The position numbers and the translations under genes were made by a program. From assembly GCA_964016885.1 (NCBI GenBank), contig OZ024741.1:257486001-257550000 (forward strand): a DNA stretch of 64,000 nt, written 5' to 3'. Below, piece after piece: positions 17,163 through 31,357 of the stretch. This DNA comes from Eledone cirrhosa (Eukaryota). The notes beneath the pieces are model-generated. The model did not search any database. It saw only the letters and a list, made by a program, of their open reading frames with translations, and had not been told where the DNA came from. Within the stretch, counting starts at the first letter, position 1. The number at the start of each line of letters is the position of its first letter.

Positions 17163-17544
17163 TGTGTGTGTACAAGCATACACATACACACACACATATA
17201 TATACACACATACATACATTCACACAAACATACAACGTACATACATACACTTACATGAATGCACTCCACTACATATTCACACACGCAAATAAATATAAGA
17301 AAAAAATATATAAATATATATTAACAAATTTTTGACAGCGATACATGCCCCAGCTAACAGGACAGACACGCGTGGTAAGTAATACACACAAAAGCACATA
17401 TACATACGTACGAAATAGTAAACACATACACACACTCTCACACATAAATATACATATACAAATACATAAACACGTACATACACATACATACACAAACACG
17501 TACACCTATATAATATAAACACACACATGTATATGTAATTATAT

Positions 17545-17593
<49 letters not shown>

Positions 17594-17865
17594 CAAAAAT
17601 ATAAAAATATAAACGCACACACACATATATAATTACGTAAACACACATATACATACATAGCTAAACAATTATACACATGCAAATACGTATATATCAAAAG
17701 CACGCACAACCAAATACAAACACACACACACACACACACACCCACACACACACACCCACACATACATAACAATAAATAAATACACACGCACACATATACA
17801 TACATACACATACATATAGACATATATACATATACATATATATATATATATATACATATACATAC

Positions 17866-17896
<31 letters not shown>

Positions 17897-18196
17897 TATA
17901 TATATACATATACACACATACACGTACACATACACACATGCATACACATACACACACACATATACATGTGTGTATGTGTAAAGCTCAGTATTAGATAAGA
18001 CAAATGAACCTTACATAAACGTATATATAGTAGTAAAGTAATAAAGCCATACAAGGCAATTAATCCATTCACCAGAGGTTTCTTAAAAGCAAAAAAAGTT
18101 TCCTTCAATCTTCAGAATGAAAAAAAGCCTGGTTTATCCACATATACATACATATACACACACAAATATATAATTATATACACACATACACACACG

Positions 18197-18328
<132 letters not shown>

Positions 18329-18572
18329 TACACAAACATATACGTACATATATACATACATACACATACATATATATACACGCAAAAATACATACACATA
18401 CACATAGGTATGTGAAGGGCGAAACAAAAAGAATATATGGGGGGGGGGGGCTAAGAGGAGGTAAAAATATAAGGGGAGGTAAGGGAGAACATTTTTTTTT
18501 AAATATACAAGAGTACAAAAGGTAGAATCAGCAAAATAAAACCGTAGCAAAAGTAAAGAGCAGAGAAGGAGT

Positions 18573-18884
18573 TCAAGGCGGTTGATTTATCGTAGGAGTG
18601 TCAATCCAGTTACAGATCAGATGCGATTTCAGATGAGGACAGCATCTGAAGATCTCAGTCTTTGAGTTAAGGCAAGCGGAAGTGGCTCTCAAGTTTAGCA
18701 AAATCCTATACTTTTCTGTGGTACACAAAGAACAATTCTTTGTGCCCCTTTGGTACTCCCTCGAATGGTCTAATATAGACCAATCAATAGAGTACGGGAT
18801 ATTACTATCCTTGAGATCCCATACCTTACTTGCGAGGGCCGTTGATGTTCGTTTATCTGAGTGTTTAAAAGAAGCGACATGTGA
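18573..18884 (-). mobile_element. PLE GIY-YIG C-terminal fragment
   Basis: Open frame SHVASFKHSDKRTSTALASKVWDLKDSNIPYSIDWSIL...CSLCTTEKYRIL..LNSKTEIFRCCPH..stop. Confidence 0.85.
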
Positions 18885-18976
18885 ATATATATATAGTAAT
18901 AATAATAAATGTGAGTTTCAGAAGATGAAAGGGTGAAAGCAGCGATTCTTTGCTTAAACTTTAATCTGTTATTTTA

Positions 18977-19071
<95 letters not shown>

Positions 19072-19187
19072 ATTGTTTCTACTTTTGGTAAAAGGCCAGA
19101 AATTATCCCAGTGCATTACTGGTACTTTATTTTATCGACCCCGTAATATCACTACTCTGATTGCAGTTAATAAACATATTATCTTAC

Positions 19188-19337
19188 CTGAAACTGTTGC
19201 TCTAAAATTGATATTCCTGTTGAATGATCTATTTGCTTTATTCTAGAAAATTCTATCGGAATGTTATAGATATCAATATTATAATTCACTGTGAGAATAT
19301 TTTCAACTAATACATCATAAATGAACTCCAGTTGTAT
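19188..19337 (-). CDS. RPTP D1 end and D1-D2 linker exon (150 bp)
   Basis: tttttgtccag|IQLEFIYDVLVENILTVNYNIDIYNIPIEFSRIKQIDHSTGISILEQQFQ|gtaaga. Confidence 0.92.
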
Positions 19338-20200
19338 CTGGACAAAAAGTGAAATAAAATAAAATAAATCAGTTTTAATTGCATGAAACGAGAGCACCGT
19401 AATTAACAAATATATTTTTAGTAGGACAAATTTTGATATAGAAAATATATAGTAAGTTTTGTAGATGATAGGTTGATAAAGAAGGGCAAACACCTTCGTC
19501 TCATGCTTTTTGAACTTGAATTTGCTAAGATGAGTACAATAAACATTTAGGTTGAACTGTTATAGGTAAAAATTTCATTTTGGAAAACTTTTGGGTTTAC
19601 TGAATGTGTAAGATATGAGGTAAATGTGGATGGGTTAGATCAACGTTGATATCCAAAGATAGAAATGTTATTAAAAATACTAAGGAAAATAACTAAATTA
19701 AACATGGTAACATTTTGGTATGTTAAATTACTGATGCAACAGCTGTTCTCTGGAGAGAACTAGTTAAAAAAAGAAAACAATCAGAAACTGGCTTTACTAT
19801 ATGAAGTTGTTGAGATAGAGCAGGTGTGTGGAATAGAGGCAGAGAGAGAGAAAGAGAGCGGGGAAAATAGGGGAGATGAAACTTCTTCAACACTGGATGA
19901 TGTGTGTTTTTGAGAGAGTAAGGGGGGGGGGGAGATATGCTCTTTTAGTCTGTTGGATAATTGGTACTAACGCTCAAAAGAGAAAAGACAATATTGACCT
20001 TCAATTCAGAGTTCAGAAAATACTGCAACACAATCTATACAGTTATTTAATTATCCTACCTATCTACCACTCCCTTTAGAATTACAAATTGATAGTATAT
20101 AACAGCAATGAATATTACTGTTGGAATAAAATCTAAAAGCTAACCCAAGGGAGGTTTCATGAGTAGCTTCACAATCTTATTTACATTGATATTTACTCAC

Positions 20201-20336
20201 CCGTTTTTGAACCAACTGCATCCTATCTTCGCGTAATTTGCTGATGGTCGTCAATACATCAAAAGTTTCACCCTTCTTCATTTCATTTAGAAGTATGTCA
20301 ATGCAAATATAAGTTCCAGTACGACCAACACCAGCA
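20201..20336 (-). CDS. RPTP D1 exon, P-loop/Q-loop (136 bp)
   Basis: cctttcag|(S)AGVGRTGTYICIDILLNEMKKGETFDVLTTISKLREDRMQLVQKR|gtgagt; completes the VHCSAGVGRTG catalytic signature. Confidence 0.97.
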
Positions 20337-21624
20337 CTGAAAGGGATTCAAATGTAACAATACGAATATAATCAGTTTTAATAGGTTAAATTATAACACT
20401 GAATTGTTTCAGAGAAAATAATATATATTCTCTCTGTTTCAGGAAAAGTAATATGAACAGGGGAGTGTAAAATGGGAAATGTGATTCTTAACTTGATAGT
20501 AAATGAAACGTTAATTTATCGGATATAGTGAGTCGGGAATTTTATAATTACCGAAAATTATAAATTTAGGAATAGAAGCAATCATATTGCTGTAGTTCTA
20601 TAGAGCCATACTACCAACCAAAAACATACGCACTGCTGTTTTCACTTTCAATTAAAGTTAATTAATTAATTAGATAATTACTTCATTATGGAATTGGTTA
20701 AAGACTTTCATCACAACCTTATATACAACTGTATAACCTTGTGTTCTTCCTCTTTATTAGTATTTATTTCAAGGTATTTATTCCCCTTACAAAATATCAT
20801 GGTGGATTTCATTTCACATATTGTACTATTTATTATTCAGTTGAACTGTAGTGTATGTGTGTTTGTGTGTGACTGCTTGTATGTGTATATCATATATCTA
20901 TATTTATTACCCATAATAATAAATATTCGATGACTTGGAACACACTCGATGCTCCAATAATGTATTTACAAATATAATGGTAAGAAACTCTCAGGAGAGC
21001 TGGACTGCAGAAGGTCTATAGAAAAGAAACCCCCATCAAGCATTTAAGCTCTTAATTTCAATGAGATATATTTACATATATATGTATATGTATATATATG
21101 TATATATATCTCCCTGAAATTAAGGGCCAAAATGCTTGATGGGGATTTCTTCTCTGTAGACCCTATGCTCGCATTATCGGAGCTGCGATTTCTCAATTTG
21201 GAGCAGTGGCGTCTCTACCTGGAGATACTCTCTGAGGAATCCCCCCATTTCATTTGCAGTTGTATTCCTTCTGCCATTACCCAACATTCATGCCCCTAGG
21301 TAAGGTTTGGCACGAATACCGATTTGAAGTTAGCGAGTTTATCTTTTACATCTGATCCCACATTTTTCTGATAATTGAATGCTGAATCTGGCGTAATACT
21401 GCTACAATTCTTGCACTTAATTCAGCCTCCATCACTAGTGAAAGCGACCCCAAGATACTTGAATTCCTCTGCCTTCTTTGAAAATCAACTCACATGTTAA
21501 GTGATCTACATAAGCTCCCTTAAGGTGACGATGAACTGTCTCTGCAGCAGGGATTTTCATTCCTGCTTTACAGCATTCGGCAGAAACATATTAAGTGCAT
21601 ATACATAAATAAATATATATATAT

Positions 21625-21930
21625 ATATTTATTAAAATAACAGATTAAAGTTTAAGCAAAGAAGCGCTGCTTTCACCCTTAACGGGATCTTCTGAAACTA
21701 ACAAAGTCAATCTGTAAACGCAGAACTGGATATTTCAAAAAACGTTGCAACCGGAGGAAGACAGGAAGACGATACTTTGGTTCATGGTGACGTTCGCTGG
21801 CAGCAGCGATTCTTTGCTTAAACTTTAATCTGTTATTTTAATAAATATTTGCTCTTCGGTTCTTATATATTTAATATATATTTTCCTTATCGAGCCCTCT
21901 CTGGATTTTAGTCTTCAATTTCATTATTAT

Positions 21931-22011
<81 letters not shown>

Positions 22012-22422
22012 GAAGGTTCAGTAAGTCCGAAGAAAACTGGTGAGAGGCCCAAGGTCACTACTCAACACAAAGCAGAGTGTATATAATAACAAAGTGGAGG
22101 ATTTACATAGGAGATTTATTGCTCAATTCTGGTTACAAATGTTTCTCAGGCCGCAAGCTCGTGATATATTTATATATATATATATAGTAATAATAATAAA
22201 AAAATTGAAGACTAAAATCCAAAGAGGGCTCGATAAGGAAAATATATATCAAATCTATAAGAACCGTAGAGCAAATATTTATTAAAATAACAGATTAAAG
22301 TTTAAGCAAAGAATCGCTGCTTTCACCCTTAACGGGATCTTCAGAAAAGTTTCAGAAGATCCCGTTAAGGGTGAAAGCAGCGATTCTTTGCTTAAACTTT
22401 AATCTGTTATTTTAATAAATAA

Positions 22423-22465
<43 letters not shown>

Positions 22466-22690
22466 AATAACAGATTAAAGTTTAAGCAAAGAATCGCTGC
22501 CTTCACCCTTAACAGGATCTTCTTTTTTTAGTTACAGAAGATCCCGTTAAGGGTGAAAGCAGCAATTCTTTGCTTAAACTTTAATCTGTTATTTTAATAA
22601 ATATTTTCTCTGCGGTTTTATATATTTATATATATTATCCTTATCGAACCCTCTTCAGATTTTAGTTTTCACATTTATTATTATTGCTAT
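21625..22690. mobile_element. Cluster of three mini fold-back copies of the pLTR of the 36-39.8 kb PLE family
   Basis: Inverted pairs 21625-21800/21800-21935, 22185-22345/22348-22420 and 22463-22523/22530-22690; all match 36390-36570; separated by (TA)n. Confidence 0.85.
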
Positions 22691-23044
22691 ATATATATAA
22701 TTAGTTACAACAGGGACAACTAAAGGTACTTACATGCCATTGGATTATTCACCACAAATCATTCAGCCTTTCATACAATTAAAAATGGCTTCCCACCTTG
22801 GAGGTTTTAGAAACTATAGGGGAGTTCTAAGGGTAGGTGATCCAGAAATTATCTATAATTTTTATAGTTACTTCCATTTTCACTTACATTATTTAAGGTA
22901 TTTGTCTATTTATACATAATTCCAAGACTACCTACTCTTAGAACTCTCTTATGTTTCTACATTGTCCAAGGTGAGAAGCTATTTTCGGATATCTATACCA
23001 AATTTGTACTAATATATATATATATATATATATTAGTACGAACG

Positions 23045-23144
<100 letters not shown>

Positions 23145-23471
23145 TATGTAAACGTACAAACATATATGTATACAGACGTACAGTAGTATGTATGTAGATA
23201 CATACATGCACACATATATACATGTACGTATGGGTTTACGGAACACTTATTATAATGTCTGTATACATATATGTATGTACGTATACATACTTATATTTAA
23301 GTATCAGCCGTACTAAGAGTGAGAAATGAAATTTCATTTTTTCCATTTATCGTTTTCGGTACGCCCGGCCGACTAACTCACTCGATATGCAAATTAGGCT
23401 CCTCAGCCGTTAATATGCATAAGGAAAGTATATACTTTCAAACGGTCATTCGATTGACAGGAAGGTATACT

Positions 23472-23508
23472 GTGCTGATGACAGCTAAGAAGCTAGAAAC
23501 TAGTTCAT
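23472..23508 (+). ncRNA. Minimal hammerhead motif
   Basis: GTG CTGATGA cAGCTaagaAGCTa GAAA CTAG TT CAT. Confidence 0.65.
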
Positions 23509-23765
23509 CGTTCTTTTGTCAGTGTTGAACAAAAGGGCAACGATGGTTGCCGAACACTGTACGGCTTAATTCGGGCTGTTTGTTTACAAACAAACCGAAC
23601 ATTATGATAAATGTTCGGTAAACCCATACGTACATGTATATATGTGTGTATGTATATATATATACATACTACTGTACGTCTGTATACATATATGTAAGTA
23701 CGTTTACATACTTATATTTAAGTATCAGCCGTACTAAGAGTGAGAAATGAAATTTCATTTTTTCC

Positions 23766-23827
<62 letters not shown>

Positions 23828-24528
23828 CTGTAGAAGCCATTTCTATATAAAATCTTATATTCTTATATATATATATATATGTATATATATATAATTACAA
23901 TGTGCTTATAAATCAAAATTAAAAGTTAAAGACATTTAATTATTGACAAAATGTTTCTTCCCATACCAGCAACAGCAAGTTATTTTACTTAAAAGTTTGC
24001 TTTTAGTTAGCAGGAACGATAGGAATCACCAGAGTTTAATTAAAATCCAAAACAATTAATACATTGATATATATTAGTATTGGTGCTCTGAAATAGCGCT
24101 GTATACATGAATGTATGTATAGTATATTTGTCAATATACCGTATGTTTAATTAAACACATTTAGAAGACCATTCACTAGCAGTTTTAAAGTAGCGACTAT
24201 GTCACTTACTTTCGGCAACGGCTCGGAGAGAGGCTGACTGCTGTTTCCTGCTGGCTGGCATTTACCTGCCTTTGCCAACATTTATAGCAGCTGGATTCTT
24301 ATAAAATTCCAGTAATAATCAGGAGGTCAGCTTCTGTAATTTTCGGTAGAGGCAGGTGAGTGTGTGGCTTTGATAAACGCCAACCAGCTAGAAACAGCTG
24401 AAAGTAAGTAAGTGACATAGTCACTACTTAAAAACTGATAGCTAATGGTCTTCTAAATGCTTTTAATTAAACATATATATATATATAAATATATATATAT
24501 AAATATATATATAAATATATATATTTAT

Positions 24529-24529
<1 letters not shown>

Positions 24530-24560
<31 letters not shown>

Positions 24561-25250
24561 TTTCCCCTGCTTCCTAGGTGCCGGAAGCTATCAACCACTT
24601 CTATAGAACCCACTTGCATTTGAAAAATGTGTCTATCACTGCGATTACTACTGTCAACTTTCCCTGTACATCTACTGCATACGTAGTTTTCCCTACCTGT
24701 TAGTTTGCCTGTTATTCTACTACATCTCTTGTGTACCCAAGATCTGCATTGCGTACATTTTATAGAATTTATGCCAGTTCCTTTTCTACATATCGAACAC
24801 GGTCATTTCCTCGATGGAATCAGAGTATTGTCCTCTCTTCTACTTATCAACACTTTTGTCTTAGCTATGTTCACTCTCAGTCCTCTTGATTCCAACTGCT
24901 GTTTCCATAGCCAAAATTTCTTCTCTAGCTCCTCTACTGATTCTGCTATAAGAGCCAGATCATCAGCAGAGAGAAGTTCCCATGGGCATCCAGTCTTAAA
25001 CTCCTCCGTTATGGCTTGGAGGACTATAATGAACAAGAGCTGCTGAGGACCCAACCCTGATATACTCCTACTTCTATCTGGAATTCCTCGCTATAAACAC
25101 CATTCCTACTCTCACTTTACTGACAGCACCTCTGTACATAGCTTGCAATGTCCTCACAAGCCATTCTTCTACACCTTGTTTCCTTAGGGACCACCAGATG
25201 ACAGATCGGGGTACCCTATCAAAGGCCTTCTCTAGGTCAACAAAAGCTAA
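24530..25250 (-). mobile_element. RTE LINE internal fragment with deleted 3' end and (CAT)n tail
   Basis: Homologous to 13890-14570 (LLFIIVLQAITEEFKTGCPWELLSADD). Confidence 0.85.
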
Positions 25251-25261
25251 CTATATATATA

Positions 25262-26050
25262 TCATCATCATCATCATCATCATCATCACGGTTTTACGTC
25301 CGTTCTTCCACGGTAGCATGGGTTAGACGGGTTGTCCTGTTGTGAGCAGTGTCCAGTCGACTGACCTTGTCTTACTGATACAGGAACTGATTCTGGCTTG
25401 ATTTCTACAGCTGGATGCCCTTCCTAACACTAACCTGGGTGCTCTTTTTCCGTGGCGCCTACACATCCACTTTGGGGGGCGCGGGGTGGATGTGGGGACA
25501 TATTGTCTATATACTTAAGCTTCGGCTTGCCTGTGGGAAGTCAGGTGTTCTGTATTACTGCATGATGCCAGAGGTCACGGTCGTGTGTCATTGCCCTTGA
25601 GAGGTGCAGTTGGGTAAGGTCGGCTTTTATCCCCTCATCCCAGGTCTTCTTGGGTCTTCCCACGCCGCAGCTTCCATCGACTTCTAGTGCTCTGCACCTT
25701 TTTATGTAGCTGTCATCCTTCATAGGCATCACATGTCCATACCAACATAACCTCCTCTTCTGCACATAGCATTTGATTCCTCTTATGTTCAGTCTCTCTC
25801 TCAGTTTGTTTACGCTTTGCCGTTCGCGTATATTACTATTACACATCCATCGGAGCATGCAAGCTTCGTTTCTTTCTAATCTGCGCAAGTCTTCTACAGA
25901 CAGCGCCCAAGTTTCATTACCATGTAACATTGGTGTTCGTATACACGCATCATACAGTCTGCCTTTCATTTTGAGGGAAAAGTCTTTTGCAGCTAGTAGT
26001 GGCAGTAGCTCCCTGAACTTCTTTCATCCCGTTCTTACCCTAGTTATTGT
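25262..26050 (-). mobile_element. RTE LINE (second family) 3' fragment
   Basis: ORF 25541..25969 [35 protein letters not shown]; (CAT)n tail. Confidence 0.85.
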
Positions 26051-26054
26051 ACTT

Positions 26055-26232
<178 letters not shown>

Positions 26233-26657
26233 GTCCATGTATGTGTGTGTTTGTGTTTACATATGTAAATCAATATAGAACTCATCACAGAGGAATCAAA
26301 AGTCAAAAGAAATTCTTTAAAAAAAAACGGTGGTTATATTTGTATATGTGGATTGGTAGTATCAGTAGAGGGTCGGACGCCATGCTTTCCAGCATAGTTA
26401 CGTCCCTTTACGATCTGAGTTCAAATCCCGCCGAGGTTGACTTTGCCTTTCATCCTTACGGGGTCGATAAAATAAAGTACCAGTAATGCCTTGGGTAATT
26501 GCTGGCCTTGTGCCTAAAGTAGAAACAGATATTTGTATATAGGAAGATATGTTTTAACGTTGTCTCTTTAACTATAAACCTCCTTCATAGAAAAAGAAAG
26601 AGAGAACAAAGTCTAACCTCTAAAGTATGTAGTCATGCTTTTTATAATGTGACAAAC

Positions 26658-26815
26658 CTGCAATGTACGATTAATGGAAATGTTGCTCCTCCTCTATATT
26701 TTATTGCATTTCTCAACTCTAAAATATATTCGGGATGTTGTGGGATGCTGTGATCAGGCCATTTGTTAAAAAGGAAATGATCAATTGTCCAACTTTCATC
26801 TTTATCTAGAGTTGG
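26658..26815 (-). CDS. RPTP D1 exon, WPD loop to VHC (158 bp)
   Basis: caattacag|PTLDKDESWTIDHFLFNKWPDHSIPQHPEYILELRNAIKYRGGATFPLIVHC(S)|gtttgt; partly visible in ORF 26642..26869. Confidence 0.96.
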
Positions 26816-27643
26816 CTGTAATTGAAATATGAAACAGTGTAAAATGAAACCTATATAGTAATATAACATAATAATGTAACATATTGATACAATATAACAT
26901 ATAATGTAACAAATTAATACGTAACAATATTATAATGCTGTACTATATAATGTTGATTTTTTTATGTTATGTGGTTTAAGTTTTATTCCATAACTCTACA
27001 TAAATTCTCTTTCAAGACAAAATGCTGCATTAAATTTGTGATTACACATGAAATATAATTGAGTTTAATGATTACTGAGACAAAGCTGATATGTAATGAC
27101 AATCTCAAATAATTCTTTCTATTTTTGGCACAGGACCAACAAGACAATCTGAAATAATAAAGGATCGCCTAGGTAGTCTTTCAAATTGCTAGAAACAACA
27201 ACCAATACTCTTTGCAATCATAAATAAGTGTCCTAAAAAAGAAATGACACACTGGATAATCTAACAAAAACCCAGCAATTCGATAAATAGAGATCAATAA
27301 AGTACCAGCCTGAACACATTACCAGAGACACATTACATATGATAGACTTAAATTTGAAATCGTTCTCCAATATAATGACAGTCAATTGACTGAAACCAGT
27401 GAAAGTATAACATATTAAGTATATATTTCTCCCTTCTTCCATTTCTGTTTATTTTAAACAATAATTACAATTGTTAAAATATTTCCTTCAAAGATTTTAT
27501 ATATTTGATATCTTCCAGTATTGAAAATTACATTCAGATGTCACTCACACTTGAAATATTTCACATGACGTTTGTCTGCTCTTTGAGGCCTTTACATCTC
27601 TTATTTCCTTTTACATATTTTGAGATATCATAGAAATATTTAC

Positions 27644-27766
27644 CTTGGAAATAATAAATCTTCGGTGTACATAGCTTGAATGCCAACTAGCAGTGATATG
27701 TGTAACTTGGATAGTGCCAAATGACTTTATTGACTGTTCATCTGGCCAATATTGTATACATTTCAT
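27644..27766 (-). CDS. RPTP D1 exon KCxQYWP (123 bp)
   Basis: tctctccag|MKCIQYWPDEQSIKSFGTIQVTHITASWHSSYVHRRFIISK|gtaaat. Confidence 0.96.
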
Positions 27767-28351
27767 CTGGAGAGAAAAGAAATTTATTAAATTAATACTT
27801 CTAAATATGTTTTATTAATAAAAATAATAAAAAAATCGTAAACAAATCTATTTCAAAAATACAACAACACCACAGTTATTTAAAAACGGAAATGAATAGA
27901 AGGGCAAGGACTCCAGGGTTATAGAAGAAAAGGAGGGGGAACAGTTGTCACCAAATGTAACTGAACCGGAACACCAATGTGTCTCTCAACAGAGAATCAT
28001 AGGACGTTGAGGAACACAAGCAACAACTACCACTGCAACAATAATTCCCATCCCACCTAAACACCATGGGATATATTTATTACAAGATTCGAGTTGAAAA
28101 ATACTCAAACCCATTTACCATCATTATGAATTGCTGATCTAAATTAGTGAAAATATTTAAATATTTAAATATAATAAAATTACGTCTGTGTTATTAACAC
28201 AGATGTAATTTTATATAGACACTTTTCCTACTCTATCAAGTGTTAAACTAGTATATATCTTCATTGTAATGTATTGTTTGATTTATTTGTTTTCAGTGAC
28301 GTTTTGCATATATATATATATGTGTATACATATATATATATATGTATACAT

Positions 28352-28613
28352 CAGTGGCGAAGGGTAACCTGGAAAGCAGGGCATGCAGTCCAATCGGAAA
28401 GTGGCGGAAAGTGGGTATGTGCAGACTTAACCCCCCCCCCCCCCCGATCAAAGCCGCATGTAGTGCTATCTAGTTTGTGTGTTATCTTTTTTTGTGTCTA
28501 TACGTTTTAGTAAGCAGCCAAAATTCTGCTTGCTTCAACCGACGCAATTGATCAACTCAAGATTCTATAACGCATGCACTGCATGCGTTGCATGCACGGA
28601 CCTTTCGCCACTG
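28352..28613. mobile_element. hAT-like MITE
   Basis: TIRs CAGTGGCGAAGGGT / ACCTTTCGCCACTG; 8-bp TSD GTATACAT/GTATACAA. Confidence 0.8.
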
Positions 28614-28636
28614 GTATACAAGTATATATATATATG

Positions 28637-28711
<75 letters not shown>

Positions 28712-29192
28712 TGTTATACTTTGGGAGGGTCATGTTGCCAATAAGAAACACACGCACCAGTTGCTTTCACTTCAATTTATTATATATTTATAAATTTATA
28801 AATTTACAAATCTACAAACTTATAAATTTCTGGTTGGTTGGTTGGTTCCACAACCAGATAGTTGTTTATATATAGTCATAGTCCTTTCGTCACACACTCT
28901 GTGAACTCTTCAGTGACTGGGGATTCCTTTCTTTGTTTCTGTGCCTTTCCTTTCTTCTATCCTACGCTATTTTGTTTCTGTGTGTGTGTTGTGTGCTCAG
29001 TTTGCGCATGCGCCACATCCGGGTGTCTGTGTGTGTTTGTGTTCATTTATCTATTTGTTTATTTATTTATTTATTTATTTTTGGTTGGTTGTTTGTTCTA
29101 TATGTGTGTGTGTTTTCATTTTGTCCTGTGTGTGTTTTCATTTTGTCCATAATTGTAAGTTGTGATGTTGCTGTTCCACTCATATTTTCTAT

Positions 29193-31357
29193 TTAATTTG
29201 GTTGTAATTCTTTTATGCTTACTGCCTCTGTAATTTGCCTAAACATTGCATCTTTTCTGTGTGTGGATTCTATTTTTATTTCTATGTTCTCTAATCTACC
29301 CCTGTGTTCTATCTTAGCATGTTGGTAGAGCACAGATGATTCTTTATTATCTTGAAGGTCTCGCCAGTGTTCATTTATTCGTTCCCCTATACTACGAGCT
29401 GTCTCACCTATGTACACTATATTTTTGTTTCTACATTGTCCTTCAGTACATCTTATGCTATACACTACATTTCTAGTTTTACAGTTAATATGGGGGCTTA
29501 TTTTACAGGTTATACATTTCTTATCTATACATGAGGATCTTTGAAACGGGTATGTCTTGCTAATAAGTGTTTTTACGGAAGTACCTGGTCTTTCTACTAT
29601 CTTAATATTGAGTTTATGTTTATTTAGGGCCCTTCTAAATTTGTAGGCTAGTTCGCCTCTAGGGGTTGTATTGATGAACATTACACTCTGGTATTTATTG
29701 CTATCATACCATGAGTTTATTCTATTGGCCTTGTTCCTAGTTCTTTCTATTCTATTCCAAAATTTGCTCCTATACAAGGGGAAGGTCCCATTTATGTCAT
29801 TATTTACCATTTTTTCCCATTTGGTTCTGGCTCCTCTATACACTCTGATTCTATCTCTCTGATTGTAGCCAGAGAACTGCATACGGTGGATGAAGTGTTG
29901 TATGTGTCTCTCTAGTTCTTCGGGGTTGCACATGCGGGACACATTTCTCATCACCCGTACCAAATCCGCAATCAGTATGTTGATTTTGGTATGGTCCGAA
30001 ATGGCCGAGTTTCGGTGGATCAAATGTTTGGAAGTCATGGGTTTGGCATAATGGGAATGGAGGATTTGTTTTTGGTTGTTAATGGTATCTAACCAGAGCT
30101 CTGTGTCTAGTACAGGTAATCGATGGTTGGGGTGTCTACTTGGGTAGTCTATAGTAACTCTAATGCTCTGGTGGATGGAGTTTGCTATTTGCTGGATGCT
30201 TTCCATTGTATTTTTCTCTAGTTCCTGACTGTTCTTTAGTGGGGGTGTCTTAACTACGATGTTTATATCATCTACGTAGCGGGAGTACATTATCAGGGTT
30301 AAGCTGTCTTCTAATTGTTCTTTAAGTTTTTGTTTAAGTCTACTGTCCCACCATACCATGAATAAGTTAGCTATGTCGCCTGCAATGCTAACACCAATGG
30401 CTGCTCCTTCCCCTTGGGCATATGTTTTACCATTAAATTTGAACATATGTTCCTTAAGAGTTAATTTTATGCTGGCCCCTACCGCATGTGCAATCATTTT
30501 CTTCAGTTCATCGTGGTTTTCGGGTGTCCGTATGGCTCTGGTCCACCCGTTCCATCTATCTGTGTGGGTTTTCTTGGCGATTGAGGTAATGGTAGGTGGT
30601 CTGCCTCTTGCTGGTCTTGTAGGGCACAGGTTGCTAAGGTCATAAGTGTCTAGGTAACTATTACTATGGGTAAGCTTAAGTAGAAGTCCCAGCTCACTGG
30701 TATCAATCCCACGGAACTCAACCTTGCTCTCGCTGATCATTTCTACGCATTTCTCCACAGCAAAATCCACGTCAATAGATGGATACAGGGACACAACATC
30801 CATACTGCCTATTATGCAGTTTGTTAGGTCCCCAGATCGGTTACTCGCGCCGATTCTGCTGAGGAGGTCCTCCGTGCTGTCACATACATCTGGGGACATC
30901 TCAATGATGGGGCGTATGATCAGGGAGAGGAAGTAGGACAGTCTGTAGTTACTAGCAATGTTAGCTCCACAGACTGGCCGTGTTGGTGGTCCCGCGACAG
31001 GGTCACAGCCCGTTTTATGGTCTTTTCGAAGCCCATACAACGCCGGCACGTCATTGTTCCAGGCCTGGAAGTTGTTGGCAGTCCTTTTGTTGGGCTGCAT
31101 TATATTCGTCCACATCACCATATGGGCATTGAGGGCTTTTTCTCTATCCTCATGCTCCTGTGGTGTTACCTTTCTTGTGTTAGTGATGTGGGGTTGCATT
31201 GCCTGGATGTAGTTTGGCAGGCTCTCAACCGACATTCTGCCAGACTTGTCTGTTGGAAAGCATGCTATCTCTCCATTACGCGAGCGCTGCATGAGCTTAC
31301 GCAAGCCATTTGCAGATTTTTCTCCCAGTTGCTTGGCCTCTATTCTATTATGCTTCT
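29193..31357 (-). CDS. PLE reverse transcriptase-GIY-YIG polyprotein (5'-truncated, about 720 codons open)
   Basis: PTDKSGR, LYGLRKDHK, SMDVVSLYPSI, GAAIGVSIAGDIANLFM, YSRYVDDI, CIDKKCITC..CKTRNVVYSIRC..YIGETARSIGERINEH; the first ~80 aa of the track ORF come from antisense inverted segments. Confidence 0.9.

Noticed and set aside
21625-22690. CRISPR-like repeat array
   Set aside because: Repeats are inverted, variably truncated pLTR copies in eukaryotic DNA, with no regular spacers or cas genes
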